Below are positions 14,881 to 31,500 of a stretch of 64,000 nt of DNA, piece by piece. Position numbers and translations under genes: made by a program. Below the pieces are notes generated by a model that was not told where the DNA came from, ran no database searches, and saw nothing but the letters and a program-made list of their open reading frames with translations. Numbering within the stretch: the first letter of the stretch is position 1; the number at the start of each line of letters is the position of its first letter. The DNA is taken from contig OZ176053.1 of the NCBI GenBank assembly GCA_964247055.1, positions 13,764,001-13,828,000 of the forward strand, written 5' to 3'. This stretch comes from Paragordius varius. Lineage: Eukaryota > Animalia > Nematomorpha.

Positions 14881-14899
14881 ACTAACTCTTTCATATCCG

Positions 14900-17800
14900 A
14901 TTTTTACAACGATACTTTTAAAATTAATGTATAAAACTAATCGCATCAATACTCAAGTTAAAATTTGTCCTTAAAAATCGGATATTGGTCTCCGGTGAAC
15001 AAAATTATTTTTTATACATTCTCTTATTTAGGCTACATCAAAATATAGAGATAGTTTGACAAACTCTTTCATATCCGATTTTTACAACGATACTTTAAAA
15101 ATTAATGTATAATATTAGTCGCATCAATACTCAAGCTAAACTTTGTCCTTAAAAATAAGATATTGGTCACCGGTGAACAAAACTATTTTTTATACATTCT
15201 CTTAGTAAGACTACATCAAAATATAGAGATAGTTTGACATCTTTCATATCCGATTTTTACAACGATACTTTTAAAATTAATGTATAAAACTAATCACATC
15301 AATACTCAAGTTAAACTTTGTCCTTAAAAATCGGATATTGGTCACCGGTGAACAAAATTATTTTTTATACAATCTCTTAGTGAGACTACATGAAAATATA
15401 GAGATAGTTTGACAAACTCTTTAATATCTGATTTTTAGAGCGATACTTTAAAAATTAATGTATAATTTAGCATACGACAATAAGCAAGTTAAACTTTATC
15501 CTTAAAAATCGGATATTAGTCGCCGGTAAAGAAAATAATTTTTTATACATTCTCTTAGGAGTACTACATCAAAATATAGAGATAGTTTGACAAACTCTTT
15601 AATATCTGATTTTTAGAGCGATACTTTAAAAATTGATGTATAATTTAGCATACAACAATAAGCAAGTTAAACTTTGTCCTTAAAAATCGGATATTGGTCT
15701 CCGGTGAACAAAATTATTTTTTATACATTCTCTTATTAAGACTACATAGTTAAACAAACTCCTTCATATCCGATTTTTACAACGATACTTTAAAAATTAA
15801 TGTATAAAACTAGTCGCATCAATACTCAAGTTAAACTTTGTCAAAAATCGGATATTGGTCACCGGTGAACAAAACTATTTTTTATACATTAGTAAGACTA
15901 CATCAAAATATAGAGATAGTTTGACAAACTCTTTCATATCCGATTTTTACAACGATACTTTTAAAATTAATGTATAAAACTAATCGCATCAATACTCAAG
16001 TTAAATTTTGTCCTTAAAAATCGGATATTGGTCACCGGTGAACAAAATTATTTTTTATACATTCTCTTAGTAAGACTACATGAAAATATAGAGATAGTTT
16101 GACAAACTCTTTCATATCCGATTTTTACAACGATACTTTAAAAATTAATGTATAAAACTAGTCGTATCAATACTCAAGTTAAACTTTGTCAAAAATTGGA
16201 TATTGGTCACCGGTGAACAAAACTATTTTTTATACATTCTCTTAGTAAGACTACATCAAAATATAGAGATAGTTTGACAAACTCTTTCATATCCGATTTT
16301 TACAACGATACTTTTAAAATTAATGTATAAAACTAATCGCATCAATACTCAAGTTAAACTTTGTCCTTAAAAATCGGATATTGGTCACCGGTGAACAAAA
16401 TTATTTTTTATACATTCATTTAGTAAGACTACATGAAAATATAGAGATAGTTTGACAAACTCTTTCATATCCGATTTTTACAACGATACTTTAAAAATTA
16501 ATGTATAAAACTAGTCGCATCAATACTCAAGTTAAACTTTGTCAAAAATCGGATATTGGTCACCGGTGAACAAAACTATTTTTTATACATTCTCTTAGTA
16601 AGACTACATCAAAATATAGAGATAGTTTGACAAACTCTTTCATATCCGATTTTTACAACGATACTTTTAAAATTAATGTATAAAACTAATCGCATCAATA
16701 CTCAAGTTAAACTTTGTCCTTAAAAATCGGATATTGGTCACCGGTGAACAAAATTATTTTTTATACATTCTCTTAGTAAGACTACATGAAAATATAGAGA
16801 TAGTTTGACAAACTCTTTCATATCCGATTTTTACAACGATACTTTAAAAATTAATGTATAAAACTAGTCGTATCAATACTCAAGTTAAACTTTGTCCTTA
16901 AAAATCGGATATTGGTCACCAGTGAACAAAATTATTTTTTATACATTCTCTTATTAAGACTACATCAAAATATAGAGATAGTTTGACAAACTCTTTAATA
17001 TCTGATTTTTAGAGCGATACTTTAAAAATTAATGTATAAAACTAATCGCATCAATACTCAAGTTAAACTTTGTCCTTAAAAATCGGATATTGGTCTCGAA
17101 CAAAATTATTTTTTATACATTCTCTTATTAAGACTACATCAAAATATAGAGATAGTTGGACAAACTCTTTCATATCCGATTTTTACAACGATACTTAAAC
17201 TAGTCGCATCAATACTCAAGTTAAATGTCAAAAATCGGATATTGGTCACCGGTGAACAAAACTATTTTTTACAAATTCTTTTAGTAAGACTACATCAAAA
17301 TATAGAGATAGTTTGACAAACTCTTTAATATCTGATTTTTACAACGATACTTTAAAAATTAATGTATAATTTAGCATACGACAATAATCAAGTTAAACTT
17401 TGTCCTTAAAAATCGGATATTGGTGACCGGTGAACGAAACTATTTTCTATACATTCTCTTAGAAGGACTACATTAAAATATAGAGATAGTTTGACAAACT
17501 CTTTCATATCCGATTTTTACAACGATACTTTAAAAATTAATGTATAAAACTAGTCGCATCAATACTCAATTTAAACTTTGTCCTTAAAAATCGGATATTG
17601 GTCTCCGGTGAACAAAATTATTTTTTATACATTCTCTTATTAAGACTACATCAAAATATAGAGATAGTTTAACAAACTCCTTCATATCCGATTTTTACAA
17701 CGATACTTTAAAAATTAATGTATAAAACTAGTCGCATCAATACTCAATTTAAACTTTGTCCTTAAAAATCGGATATTGGTCTCGAACAAAATTATTTTTT

Positions 17801-20800
17801 ATACATTCTCTTATTAAGACTACATCAAAATATAGAGATAGTTGGACAAACTCTTTCATATCCGATTTTTACAACGATACTTTAAAAATTAATGTATGAA
17901 ACTAGTCGCATCAATACTCAAGTTAAACTTTGTCAAAAATCGGATATTGGTCACCGGTGAACAAAACTATTTTTTATACATTCTCTTAGTAAGACTACAT
18001 CAAAATATAGAGATAGTTTGACAAACTCTTTCATATCCGATTTTTACAACGATACTTTTAAAATTAATGTATAAAACTAATCGCATCAATACTCAAGTTA
18101 AACTTTGTCCTTAAAAATCGGATATTGGTCACCGGTGAACAAAATTATTTTTTATACATTCTCTTAGTAAGACTACATGAAAATATAGAGATAGTTTGAC
18201 AAACTCTTTCATATCCGATTTTTACAACGATACTTTTAAAATTAATGTATAAAACTAATCGCATCAATACTCAAGTTAAAATTTGTCCTTAAAAATCGGA
18301 TATTGGTCTCCGGTGAACAAAATTATTTTTTATACATTCTCTTATTTAGGCTACATCAAAATATAGAGATAGTTTGACAAACTCTTTCATATCCGATTTT
18401 TACAACGATACTTTAAAAATTAATGTATAATATTAGTCGCATCAATACTCAAGCTAAACTTTGTCCTTAAAAATAAGATATTGGTCACCGGTGAACAAAA
18501 CTATTTTTTATACATTCTCTTAGTAAGACTACATCAAAATATAGAGATAGTTTGACATCTTTCATATCCGATTTTTACAACGATACTTTTAAAATTAATG
18601 TATAAAACTAATCACATCAATACTCAAGTTAAACTTTGTCCTTAAAAATCGGATATTGGTCACCGGTGAACAAAATTATTTTTTATACAATCTCTTAGTG
18701 AGACTACATGAAAATATAGAGATAGTTTGACAAACTCTTTAATATCTGATTTTTAGAGCGATACTTTAAAAATTAATGTATAATTTAGCATACGACAATA
18801 AGCAAGTTAAACTTTATCCTTAAAAATCGGATATTAGTCGCCGGTAAAGAAAATAATTTTTTATACATTCTCTTAGGAGTACTACATCAAAATATAGAGA
18901 TAGTTTGACAAACTCTTTAATATCTGATTTTTAGAGCGATACTTTAAAAATTAATGTATAATTTAGCATACGACAATAAGCAAGTTAAACTTTGTCCTTA
19001 AAAATCGGATATTGGTCTCCGGTGAACAAAATTATTTTTTATACATTCTCTTATTAAGACTACATAGTTAAACAAACTCCTTCATATCCGATTTTTACAA
19101 CGATACTTTAAAAATTAATGTATAAAACTAGTCGCATCAATACTCAAGTTAAACTTTGTCAAAAATCGGATATTGGTCACCGGTGAACAAAACTATTTTT
19201 TATACATTATCTTAGTAAGACTACATCAAAATATAGAGATAGTTTGACAAACTCTTTCATATCCGATTTTTACAACGATACTTTTAAAATTAATGTATAA
19301 AACTAATCGCATCAATACTCAAGTTAAACTTTGTCCTTAAAAATCGGATATTGGTCACCGGTGAACAAAATTATTTTTTATACATTCTCTTAGTAAGACT
19401 ACATGAAAATATAGAGATAGTTTGACAAACTCTTTCATATCCGATTTTTACAACGATACTTTAAAAATTAATGTATAAAACTAGTCGTATCAATACTCAA
19501 GTTAAACTTTGTTAAAAATTGGATATTGGTCACCGGTGAACAAAACTATTTTTTATACATTCTCTTAGTAAGACTACATCAAAATATAGAGATAGTTTGA
19601 CAAACTCTTTCATATCCGATTTTTACAACGATACTTTTAAAATTAATGTATAAAACTAATCGCATCAATACGCAAGTTAAACTTTGTCCTTAAAAATCGG
19701 ATATTGGTCACCGGTGAACAAAATTATTTTTTATACATTTTCTTAGTAAGACTACATGAAAATATAGAGATAGTTTGACAAACTCTTTCATATCCGATTT
19801 TTACAACGATACTTTTAAAATTAATGTATAATTTAGCATACGACAATAATCAAGTTAAACTTTGTCCTTAAAAATCGGATATTGGTGACCGGTGAACGAA
19901 ACTATTTTCTATACATTCTCTTAGAAGGACTACATTAAAATATAGAGATAGTTTGACAAACTCTTTCATATCCGATTTTTACAACGATACTTTAAAAATT
20001 AATGTATAAAACTAGTCGCATCAATACTCAAGTTAAACTTTGTCCTTAAAAATCAGATATTGGTCACCGGTGAACAAAACTATTTTTTATACATTCTTTT
20101 AGTAACACTACATCAAAATATAGAAATAGTTTGACTAACTCTTTCATATCCGATTTTTACAACGATACTTTGAAAATTAATGTATAAAACTAATCGCATC
20201 AATACTCAAGTTAAACTTTGTCCTTAAAAATCGGATATTGGTCTCGAACAAAATTATTTTTTATACATTCTCTTATTAAGACTACATCAAAATATAGAGA
20301 TAGTTGGACAAACTCTTTCATATCCGATTTTTACAACGATACTTTAAAAATTAATGTATGAAACTAGTCGCATCAATACTCAAGTTAAACTTTGTCAAAA
20401 ATCGGATATTGGTCACCGGTGAACAAAACTATTTTTTATACATTCTCTTAGTAAGACTACATCAAAATATAGAGATAGTTTGACAAACTCTTTCATATCC
20501 GATTTTTACAACGATACTTTTAAAATTAATGTATAAAACTAATCGCATCAATACTCAAGTTAAACTTTGTCCTTAAAAATCGGATATTGGTCACCGGTGA
20601 ACAAAATTATTTTTTATACATTCTCTTAGTAAGACTACATGAAAATATAGAGATAGTTTGACAAACTCTTTCATATCCGATTTTTACAACGATACTTTTA
20701 AAATTAATGTATAAAACTAATCGCATCAATACTCAAGTTAAAATTTGTCCTTAAAAATCGGATATTGGTCTCCGGTGAACAAAATTATTTTTTATACATT

Positions 20801-23800
20801 CTCTTATTTAGGCTACATCAAAATATAGAGATAGTTTGACAAACTCTTTCATATCCGATTTTTACAACGATACTTTAAAAATTAATGTATAATATTAGTC
20901 GCATCAATACTCAAGCTAAACTTTGTCCTTAAAAATAAGATATTGGTCACCGGTGAACAAAACTATTTTTTATACATTCTCTTAGTAAGACTACATCAAA
21001 ATATAGAGATAGTTTGACATCTTTCATATCCGATTTTTACAACGATACTTTTAAAATTAATGTATAAAACTAATCACATCAATACTCAAGTTAAACTTTG
21101 TCCTTAAAAATCGGATATTGGTCACCGGTGAACAAAATTATTTTTTATACAATCTCTTAGTGAGACTACATGAAAATATAGAGATAGTTTGATAAACTCT
21201 TTAATATCTGATTTTTAGAGCGATACTTTAAAAATTAATGTATAATTTAGCATACGACAATAAGCAAGTTAAACTTTATCCTTAAAAATCGGATATTAGT
21301 CGCCGGTAAAGAAAATAATTTTTTATACATTCTCTTAGGAGTACTACATCAAAATATAGAGATAGTTTGACAAACTCTTTAATATCTGATTTTTAGAGCG
21401 ATACTTTAAAAATTAATGTATAATTTAGCATACGACAATAAGCAAGTTAAACTTTGTCCTTAAAAATCGGATATTGGTCTCCGGTGAACAAAATTATTTT
21501 TTATACATTCTCTTATTAAGACTACATAGTTAAACAAACTCCTTCATATCCGATTTTTACAACGATACTTTAAAAATTAATGTATAAAACTAGTCGCATC
21601 AATACTCAAGTTAAACTTTGTCAAAAATCGGATATTGGTCACCGGTGAACAAAACTATTTTTTATACATTATCTTAGTAAGACTACATCAAAATATAGAG
21701 ATAGTTTGACAAACTCTTTCATATCCGATTTTTACAACGATACTTTTAAAATTAATGTATAAAACTAATCGCATCAATACTCAAGTTAAACTTTGTCCTT
21801 AAAAATCGGATATTGGTCACCGGTGAACAAAATTATTTTTTATACATTCTCTTAGTAAGACTACATGAAAATATAGAGATAGTTTGACAAACTCTTTCAT
21901 ATCCGATTTTTACAACGATACTTTAAAAATTAATGTATAAAACTAGTCGTATCAATACTCAAGTTAAACTTTGTTAAAAATTGGATATTGGTCACCGGTG
22001 AACAAAACTATTTTTTATACATTCTCTTAGTAAGACTACATCAAAATATAGAGATAGTTTGACAAACTCTTTCATATCCGATTTTTACAACGATACTTTT
22101 AAAATTAATGTATAAAACTAATCGCATCAATACGCAAGTTAAACTTTGTCCTTAAAAATCGGATATTGGTCACCGGTGAACAAAATTATTTTTTATACAT
22201 TTTCTTAGTAAGACTACATGAAAATATAGAGATAGTTTGACAAACTCTTTCATATCCGATTTTTACAACGATACTTTTAAAATTAATGTATAAAACTAAT
22301 CGCATCAATACTCAAGTTAAAATTTGTCCTTAAAAATCGGATATTGGTCTCCGGTGAACAAAATTATTTTTTATACATTCTCTTATTTAGGCTACATCAA
22401 AATATAGAGATAGTTTGACAAACTCTTTCATATCCGATTTTTACAACGATACTTTAAAAATTAATGTATAATATTAGTCGCATCAATACTCAAGCTAAAC
22501 TTTGTCCTTAAAAATAAGATATTGGTCACCGGTGAACAAAACTATTTTTTATACATTCTCTTAGTAAGACTACATCAAAATATAGAGATAGTTTGACATC
22601 TTTCATATCCGATTTTTACAACGATACTTTTAAAATTAATGTATAAAACTAATCACATCAATACTCAAGTTAAACTTTGTCCTTAAAAATCGGATATTGG
22701 TCACCGGTGAACAAAATTATTTTTTATACAATCTCTTAGTGAGACTACATGAAAATATAGAGATAGTTTGACAAACTCTTTAATATCTGATTTTTAGAGC
22801 GATACTTTAAAAATTAATGTATAATTTAGCATACGACAATAAGCAAGTTAAACTTTATCCTTAAAAATCGGATATTAGTCGCCGGTAAAGAAAATAATTT
22901 TTTATACATTCTCTTAGGAGTACTACATCAAAATATAGAGATAGTTTGACAAACTCTTTAATATCTGATTTTTAGAGCGATACTTTAAAAATTAATGTAT
23001 AAATTAGCATACGACAATAAGCAAGTTAAACTTTGTCCTTAAAAATCGGATATTGGTCTCCGGTGAACAAAATTATTTTTTATACATTCTCTTATTAAGA
23101 CTACATAGTTAAACAAACTCCTTCATATCCGATTTTTACAACGATACTTTAAAAATTAATGTATAAAACTAGTCGCATCAATACTCAAGTTAAACTTTGT
23201 CAAAAATCGGATATTGGTCACCGGTGAACAAAACTATTTTTTATACATTATCTTAGTAAGACTACATCAAAATATAGAGATAGTTTGACAAACTCTTTCA
23301 TATCCGATTTTTACAACGATACTTTTAAAATTAATGTATAAAACTAATCGCATCAATACTCAAGTTAAACTTTGTCCTTAAAAATCGGATATTGGTCACC
23401 GGTGAACAAAATTATTTTTTATACATTCTCTTAGTAAGACTACATGAAAATATAGAGATAGTTTGACAAACTCTTTCATATCCGATTTTTACAACGATAC
23501 TTTAAAAATTAATGTATAAAACTAGTCGTATCAATACTCAAGTTAAACTTTGTTAAAAATTGGATATTGGTCACCGGTGAACAAAACTATTTTTTATACA
23601 TTCTCTTAGTAAGACTACATCAAAATATAGAGATAGTTTGAAAAACTCTTTCATATCCGATTTTTACAACGATACTTTTAAAATTAATGTATAAAACTAA
23701 TCGCATCAATACTCAAGTTAAACTTTGTCCTTAAAAATCGGATATTGGTCACCGGTGAACAAAATTATTTTTTATACATTCATTTAGTAAGACTACATGA

Positions 23801-26800
23801 AAATATAGAGATAGTTTGACAAACTCTTTCATATCCGATTTTTACAACGATACTTTAAAAATTAATGTATAAAACTAGTCGTATCAATACTCAAGTTAAA
23901 CTTTGTCGTTAAAAATCGGATATTGGTCACCGGTGAACAAAATTATTTTTTATACATTCTCTTATTAAGACTACATCAAAATAGAGAGATAGTTTGACAA
24001 ACTCTTTAATATCTGATTTTTAGAGCGATACTTTAAAAATTAATGTATAATTTAGCATACGACAATAAGCAAGTTAAACTTCCTTTAAAATCGGATATTA
24101 GTCGCCGGTAAAGAAAATAATTTTTTATACATTCTCTTAGTAGTACTACATCAAAATATAGAGATAGTTTGACAAACTCTTTAATATCTGATTTTTAGAG
24201 CGATACTTTAAAAATTAATGTATAATTTAGCATACGACAATAAGCAAGTTAAACTCTGTCCTTAAAAATCGGATATTGGTCTCCGATGAACAAACCTATT
24301 TTTTATACATTCTCTTAGTAAGACTACATCAAAATATAGAGATAGTTTGACAAACTCTTTCATATCCGATTTTTACAACGATACTTTTAAAATTAATGTA
24401 TAAAACTAATCGCATCAATACTCAAGTTAAACTTTGTCCTTAAAAATCGGATATTGGACACCGGTGAACAAAATTATTTTTATACATTCTCTTAGTAAGA
24501 CTACATGAAAATATAGAGATAGTTTGACAAACTCTTTCATATCCGATTTTTACAACGATACTTTAAAAATTAATGTATAAAACTAGTCGTATCAATACTC
24601 AAGTTAAATTGTCCTTAAAAATCGGATATTGGTCACCAGTGAACAAAATTATTTTTTATACATTCTCTTATTAAGACTACATCAAAATATAGAGATAGTT
24701 TGACAAACTCTTTAATATCTGATTTTTAGAGCGATACTTTAAAAATTAATGTATAAAACTAATCGCATCAATACTCAAGTTAAACTTTGTCCTTAAAAAT
24801 CGGATATTGGTCTCGAACAAAATTATTTTTTATACATTCTCTTATTAAGACTACATCAAAATATAGAGATAGTTGGACAAACTCTTTCATATCCGATTTT
24901 TACAACGATACTTAAACTAGTCGCATCAATACTCAAGTTAAATGTCAAAAATCGGATATTGGTCACCGGTGAACAAAACTATTTTTTACAAATTCTTTTA
25001 GTAAGACTACATCAAAATATAGAGATAGTTTGACAAACTCTTTAATATCTGATTTTTACAACGATACTTTAAAAATTAATGTATAATTTAGCATACGACA
25101 ATAATCAAGTTAAACTTTGTCCTTAAAAATCGGATATTGGTGACCGGTGAACGAAACTATTTTCTATACATTCTCTTAGAAGGACTACATTAAAATATAG
25201 AGATAGTTTGACAAACTCTTTCATATCCGATTTTTACAACGATACTTTAAAAATTAATGTATAAAACTAGTCGCATCAATACTCAAGTTAAACTTTGTCC
25301 TTAAAAATCGGATATTGGTCTCGAACAAAATTATTTTTTATACATTCTCTTATTAAGACTACATCAAAATATAGAGATAGTTGGACAAACTCTTTCATAT
25401 CCGATTTTTACAACGATACTTTAAAAATTAATGTATAAAACTAGTCGCATCAATACTCAAGTTAAACTTTGTCAAAAATCGGATATTGGTCACCGGTGAA
25501 CAAAACTATTTTTTATACATTCTCTTAGTAAGACTACATCAAAATATAGAGATAGTTTGACAAACTCTTTCATATCCGATTTTTACAACGATACTTTAAA
25601 AATTAATGTATAAAACTAGTCGTATCAATACTCAAGTTAAACTTTGTCGTTAAAAATCGGATATTGGTCACCGGTGAACAAAATTATTTTTTATACATTC
25701 TCTTATTAAGACTACATCAAAATATCGAGATAGTTTGACAAACTCTTTAATATCTGATTTTTAGAGCGATACTTTAAAAATTAATGTATAATTTAGCATA
25801 CGACAATAAGCAAGTTAAACTTCCTTAAAAATCGGATATTAGTCGCCGGTAAATAAAATAATTTTTTATACATTCTCTTAGTAGTACTACATCAAAATAT
25901 AGAGATAGTTTGACAAACTCTTTAATATCTGATTTTTAGAGCGATAATTTAAAAATTAATGTATATTTTAGCATACGACAATAAGCAAGTTAAACTTTGT
26001 CCTTAAAAATCGGATATTGGTCTCCGATGAACAAACCTATTTTTTATACATTCTCTTAGTAAGACTACATCAAAATATAGAGATAGTTTGACAAACTCTT
26101 TCATATCCGATTTTTACAACGATACTTTTAAAATTAATGTATAAAACTAATCGCATCAATACTCAAGTTAAACTTTGTCCTTAAAAATCGGATATTGGAC
26201 ACCGGTGAACAAAATTATTTTTATACATTCTCTTAGTAAGACTACATGAAAATATAGAGATAGTTTGACAAACTCTTTCATATCCGATTTTTACAACGAT
26301 ACTTTAAAAATTAATGTATAAAACTAGTCGTATCAATACTCAAGTTAAACTTTGTCCTTAAAAATCGGATATTGGTCACCAGTGAACAAAATTATTTTTT
26401 ATACATTCTCTTATTAAGACTACATCAAAATATAGAGATAGTTTGACAAACTCTTTAATATCTGATTTTTAGAGCGATACTTTAAAAATTAATGTATAAT
26501 TTAGCATACGACAATAAGCAAGTTAAACTTCCTTAAAAATCGGATATTAGTCGCCGGTAAAGAAAATAATTTTTTATACATTCTCTTAGTAGTACTACAT
26601 CAAAATATAGAGATAGTTTGACAAACTCTTTAATATCTGATTTTTAGAGCGATACTTTAAAATTAATGTATAATTTAGCATACGACAATAAGCAAGTTAA
26701 ACATTGTCCTTAAAAATCGGATATTGGTCTCCGTGAACAAAACTATTTTTTATACATTCTCTTAGTAAGACTACATCAAAATATAGAGATAGTTTGACAA

Positions 26801-28500
26801 ACTCTTTCATATCCGATTTTTACAACGATACTTTTAAAATTAATGTATAAAACTAATCGCATCAATACTCAAGTTAAACTTTGTCCTTAAAAATCGGATA
26901 TTGGTCACCGGTGAACAAAATTATTTTTTATACATTCTCTTAGTAAGACTACATGAAAATATAGAGATAGTTTGACAAACTCTTTCATATCCGATTTTTA
27001 CAACGATACTTTAAAAATTAATGTATAAAACTAGTCGTATCAATACTCAAGTTAAACTTTGTTAAAAATTGGATATTGGTCACCGGTGAACAAAACTATT
27101 TTTTATACATTCTCTTAGTAAGACTGCATCAAAATATAGAGATAGTTTGACAAACTCTTTCATATCCGATTTTTACAACGATACTTTTAAAATTAATGTA
27201 TAAAACTAATCGCATCAATACGCAAGTTAAACTTTGTCCTTAAAAATCGGATATTGGTCACCGGTGAACAAAATTATTTTTTATACATTTTCTTAGTAAG
27301 ACTACATGAAAATATAGAGATAGTTTGACAAACTCTTTCATATCCGATTTTTACAACGATACTTTTAAAATTAATGTATAAAACTAATCGCATCAATACT
27401 CAAGTTAAAATTTGTCCTTAAAAATCGGATATTGGTCTCCGGTGAACAAAATTATTTTTTATACATTCTCTTATTTAGGCTACATCAAAATATAGAGATA
27501 GTTTGACAAACTCTTTCATATCCGATTTTTACAACGATACTTTAAAAATTAATGTATAATATTAGTCGCATCAATACTCAAGCTAAACTTTGTCCTTAAA
27601 AATAAGATATTGGTCACCGGTGAACAAAACTATTTTTTATACATTCTCTTAGTAAGACTACATCAAAATATAGAGATAGTTTGACATCTTTCATATCCGA
27701 TTTTTACAACGATACTTTTAAAATTAATGTATAAAACTAATCACATCAATACTCAAGTTAAACTTTGTCCTTAAAAATCGGATATTGGTCACCGGTGAAC
27801 AAAATTATTTTTTATACAATCTCTTAGTGAGACTACATGAAAATATAGAGATAGTTTGACAAACTCTTTAATATCTGATTTTTAGAGCGATACTTTAAAA
27901 ATTAATGTATAATTTAGCATACGACAATAAGCAAGTTAAACTTTATCCTTAAAAATCGGATATTAGTCGCCGGTAAAGAAAATAATTTTTTATACATTCT
28001 CTTAGGAGTACTACATCAAAATATAGAGATAGTTTGACAAACTCTTTAATTTCTGATTTTTAGAGCGATACTTTAAAAATTAATGTATAATTTAGCATAC
28101 GACAATAAGCAAGTTAAACTTTGTCCTTAAAAATCGGATATGGGTCTCCGGTGAACAAAATTATTTTTTATACATTCTCTTATTAAGACTACATAGTTAA
28201 ACAAACTCCTTCATATCCGATTTTTACAACGATACTTTAAAAATTAATGTATAAAACTAGTCGCATCAATACTCAAGTTAAACTTTGTCAAAAATCGGAT
28301 ATTGGTCACCGGTGAACAAAACTATTTTTTATACATTATCTTAGTAAGACTACATCAAAATATAGAGATAGTTTGACAAACTCTTTCATATCCGATTTTT
28401 ACAACGATACTTTTAAAATTAATGTATAAAACTAATCGCATCAATACTCAAGTTAAACTTTGTCCTTAAAAATCGGATATTGGTCACCGGTGAACAAAAT
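14900..28500 (+). repeat. Region holding five copies of a 9-monomer cassette (1579 bp where directly tandem)
   Basis: The marker aaaaataagatattgg sits at 15156, 18474, 20936, 22515 and 27603. Each time it is followed by gacatctttc, aatcacatc, atacaatctcttagtgag, ctttatcc, ttaggagtac and actacatagttaaac. 20936 to 22515 is 1579 bp. Confidence 0.85.
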
Positions 28501-31500
28501 TATTTTTTATACATTCATTTAGTAAGACTACATGAAAATATAGAGATAGTTTGACAAACTCTTTCATATCCGATTTTTACAACGATACTTTAAAAATTAA
28601 TGTATAAAACTAGTCGTATCAATACTCAAGTTAAACTTTGTCGTTAAAAATCGGATATTGGTCACCGGTGAACAAAATTATTTTTTATACATTCTCTTAT
28701 TAAGACTACATAAAAATATAGAGATAGTTTGACAAACTCTTTAATATCTGATTTTTAGAGCGATACTTTAAAAATTAATGTATAATTTAGCATACGACAA
28801 TAAGCAAGTTAAACTTCCTTAAAAATCGGATATTAGTCGCCGGTAAAGAAAATAATTTTTTATACATTCTCTTAGTAGTACTACATCAAAATATAGAGAT
28901 GTTTGACAAACTCTTTAATATCTGATTTTTAGAGCGATACTTTAAAAATTAATGTATAATTAGCATACGACAATAAGCAGGTTAAACTTTGTCCTTAAAA
29001 ATCGAATATTGGTCTCCGGTGAACAAAATTATTTTTTATACATTCTCTTATTAAGACTACATCAAAATATAGAGATAGTTTGACAAACTCTTTCATATCC
29101 GATTTTTACAACGATACTTTAAAAATTAATGTATAAAACTAGTCGCATCAATACTCAAGTTAAACTTTGTCCTTAAAAATCGGATATTGGTCACCGGTGA
29201 ACAAAATTATTTTTTATACATTCTCTTAGTAAGACTACATCAAAATATAGAGATAGTCTGATAAACTCTTTCATATCCGATTTTTACAACGATACTTTAA
29301 AAATTAATGCATAAAACTAGTCGTATCAATACTCAAGTTAAACTTTGTCCTTAAAAAACGGATATTGGGGATCGGTGAACAAAATTATTTTTTATACATT
29401 CTCTTATTAAGACTACATCAAAATATAGAGATAGTTTGACAAACTCTATAATATCTGATTTTTAGAGCGATACTTTAAAAATTAATGTATAATTTAGCAT
29501 ACGACAATAAGCAAGTTAAACTTTGTCCTTAAAAATCGGATATTAGTCGCCGGTAAGAAAATAATTTTTTATACATTCTCTTAGTAGTACTACATCAAAA
29601 TATAGAGATAGTTTGACAAACTCTTTAATATCTGATTTTTAGAGCGATACTTTAAAAATTAATGTATAATTTAGCATACGACAATAAGCAAGTTAAACTT
29701 TGTCCTTAAAAATCGGATATTGGTCTCCGGTGAACAAAATTATTTTTATACATTCTCTTATTAAGACTACATCAAAATATAGAGATAGTTTGACAAACTC
29801 TTTCATATCCGATTTTTACAACGATACTTTAAAAATTAATGTATAAAACTAGTCGCATCAATACTCAAGTTAAGTCCTTAAAAATCGGATATTGGTCACC
29901 GGTGAACAAAATTATTTTTTATACATTCTCTTAGTAAGACTACATGAAAATATAGAGATAGTTTGACAAACTCTTTCATATCCGATTTTTACAACGATAC
30001 TTTAAAAATTAATGTATAAAACTAGTCGCATCAATACTCAAGTTAAACTTTGTCAAAAATCGGATATTGGTCACCGGTGAACAAAACTATTTTTTATACA
30101 TTCTTTTAGTAAGACTACATCAAAATATAGAGATTGTTTGACAAACTCTTTAATATCTGATTTTTACGAGCGATACTTTAAAAATTAATGTATAATTTAG
30201 CATACGACAATAAGCAAGTTAAACTTTGTCCTTAAAAATCGGATATTAGTCGCCGGTAAAGAAAATAATTTTTAATACATTCTCTTACTAGTACTACATC
30301 AAAATATACAGATAGTTTGACAAACTCTTTAATATCTGATTTTTAGAGCGATACTATAATTTAGCATACGACAATAAGCAAGTTAAACTTTGTCCTTAAA
30401 AATCGGATATTAGTCGCCGGTAAAGAAAATAATTTTTTATACTTTTTCTTAGTAGGACTACATCAAAAAATAGAGATAGTTTGACAAACTCTTTCATATC
30501 CGATTTTTACAAAGATACTTTTAAAATTAATGTATAAAACTAATCGCATGAATACTCAAGTTAAACGTTGTCCTTAAAAATCGGATATTGTTCACCGGTG
30601 ACCTAAATTATTTTTTATACATTCATTTAGTAAGACTACATGAAAATATAGAGATAGTTTGACAAACTCTTTCATATCCGATTTTTACAACGATACTTTA
30701 AAAATTAATGTATAAAACTAGTCGCATCAATACTCAAGTTAAACTTTGTCAAAAATCGGATATTGGTCACCGGTGAACAAAACTATTTTTTATACATTCT
30801 TTTAGTAAGACTACATCAAAATATAGAGATTGTTTGACAAACTCTTTAATATCTGATTTTTACGAGCGATACTTTAAAAATTAATGTATAATTTAGCATA
30901 CGACAATAAGCAAGTTAAACTTTGTCCTTAAAAATCGGATATTAGTCGCCGGTAAAGAAAATAATTTTTAATACATTCTCTTACTAGTACTACATCAAAA
31001 TATACAGATAGTTTGACAAACTCTTTAATATCTGATTTTTAGAGCGATACTATAATTTAGCATACGACAATAAGCAAGTTAAACTTTGTCCTTAAAAATC
31101 GGATATTAGTCGCCGGTAAAGAAAATAATTTTTTATACTTTTTCTTAGTAGGACTACATCAAAAAATAGAGATAGTTTGACAAACTCTTTCATATCCGAT
31201 TTTTACAAAGATACTTTTAAAATTAATGTATAAAACTAATCGCATGAATACTCAAGTTAAACGTTGTCCTTAAAAATCGGATATTGTTCACCGGTGACCT
31301 AAATTATTTTTTATACATTCATTTAGTAAGACTACATGAAAATATAGAGATAGTTTGACAAACTCTTTCATATCCGATTTTTACAACGATACTTTAAAAA
31401 TTAATGTATAAAACTAGTCGTATCAATACTCAAGTTAAACTTTGTCGTTAAAAATCGGATATTGGTCACCGGTGAACAAAATTATTTTTTATACATTCTC

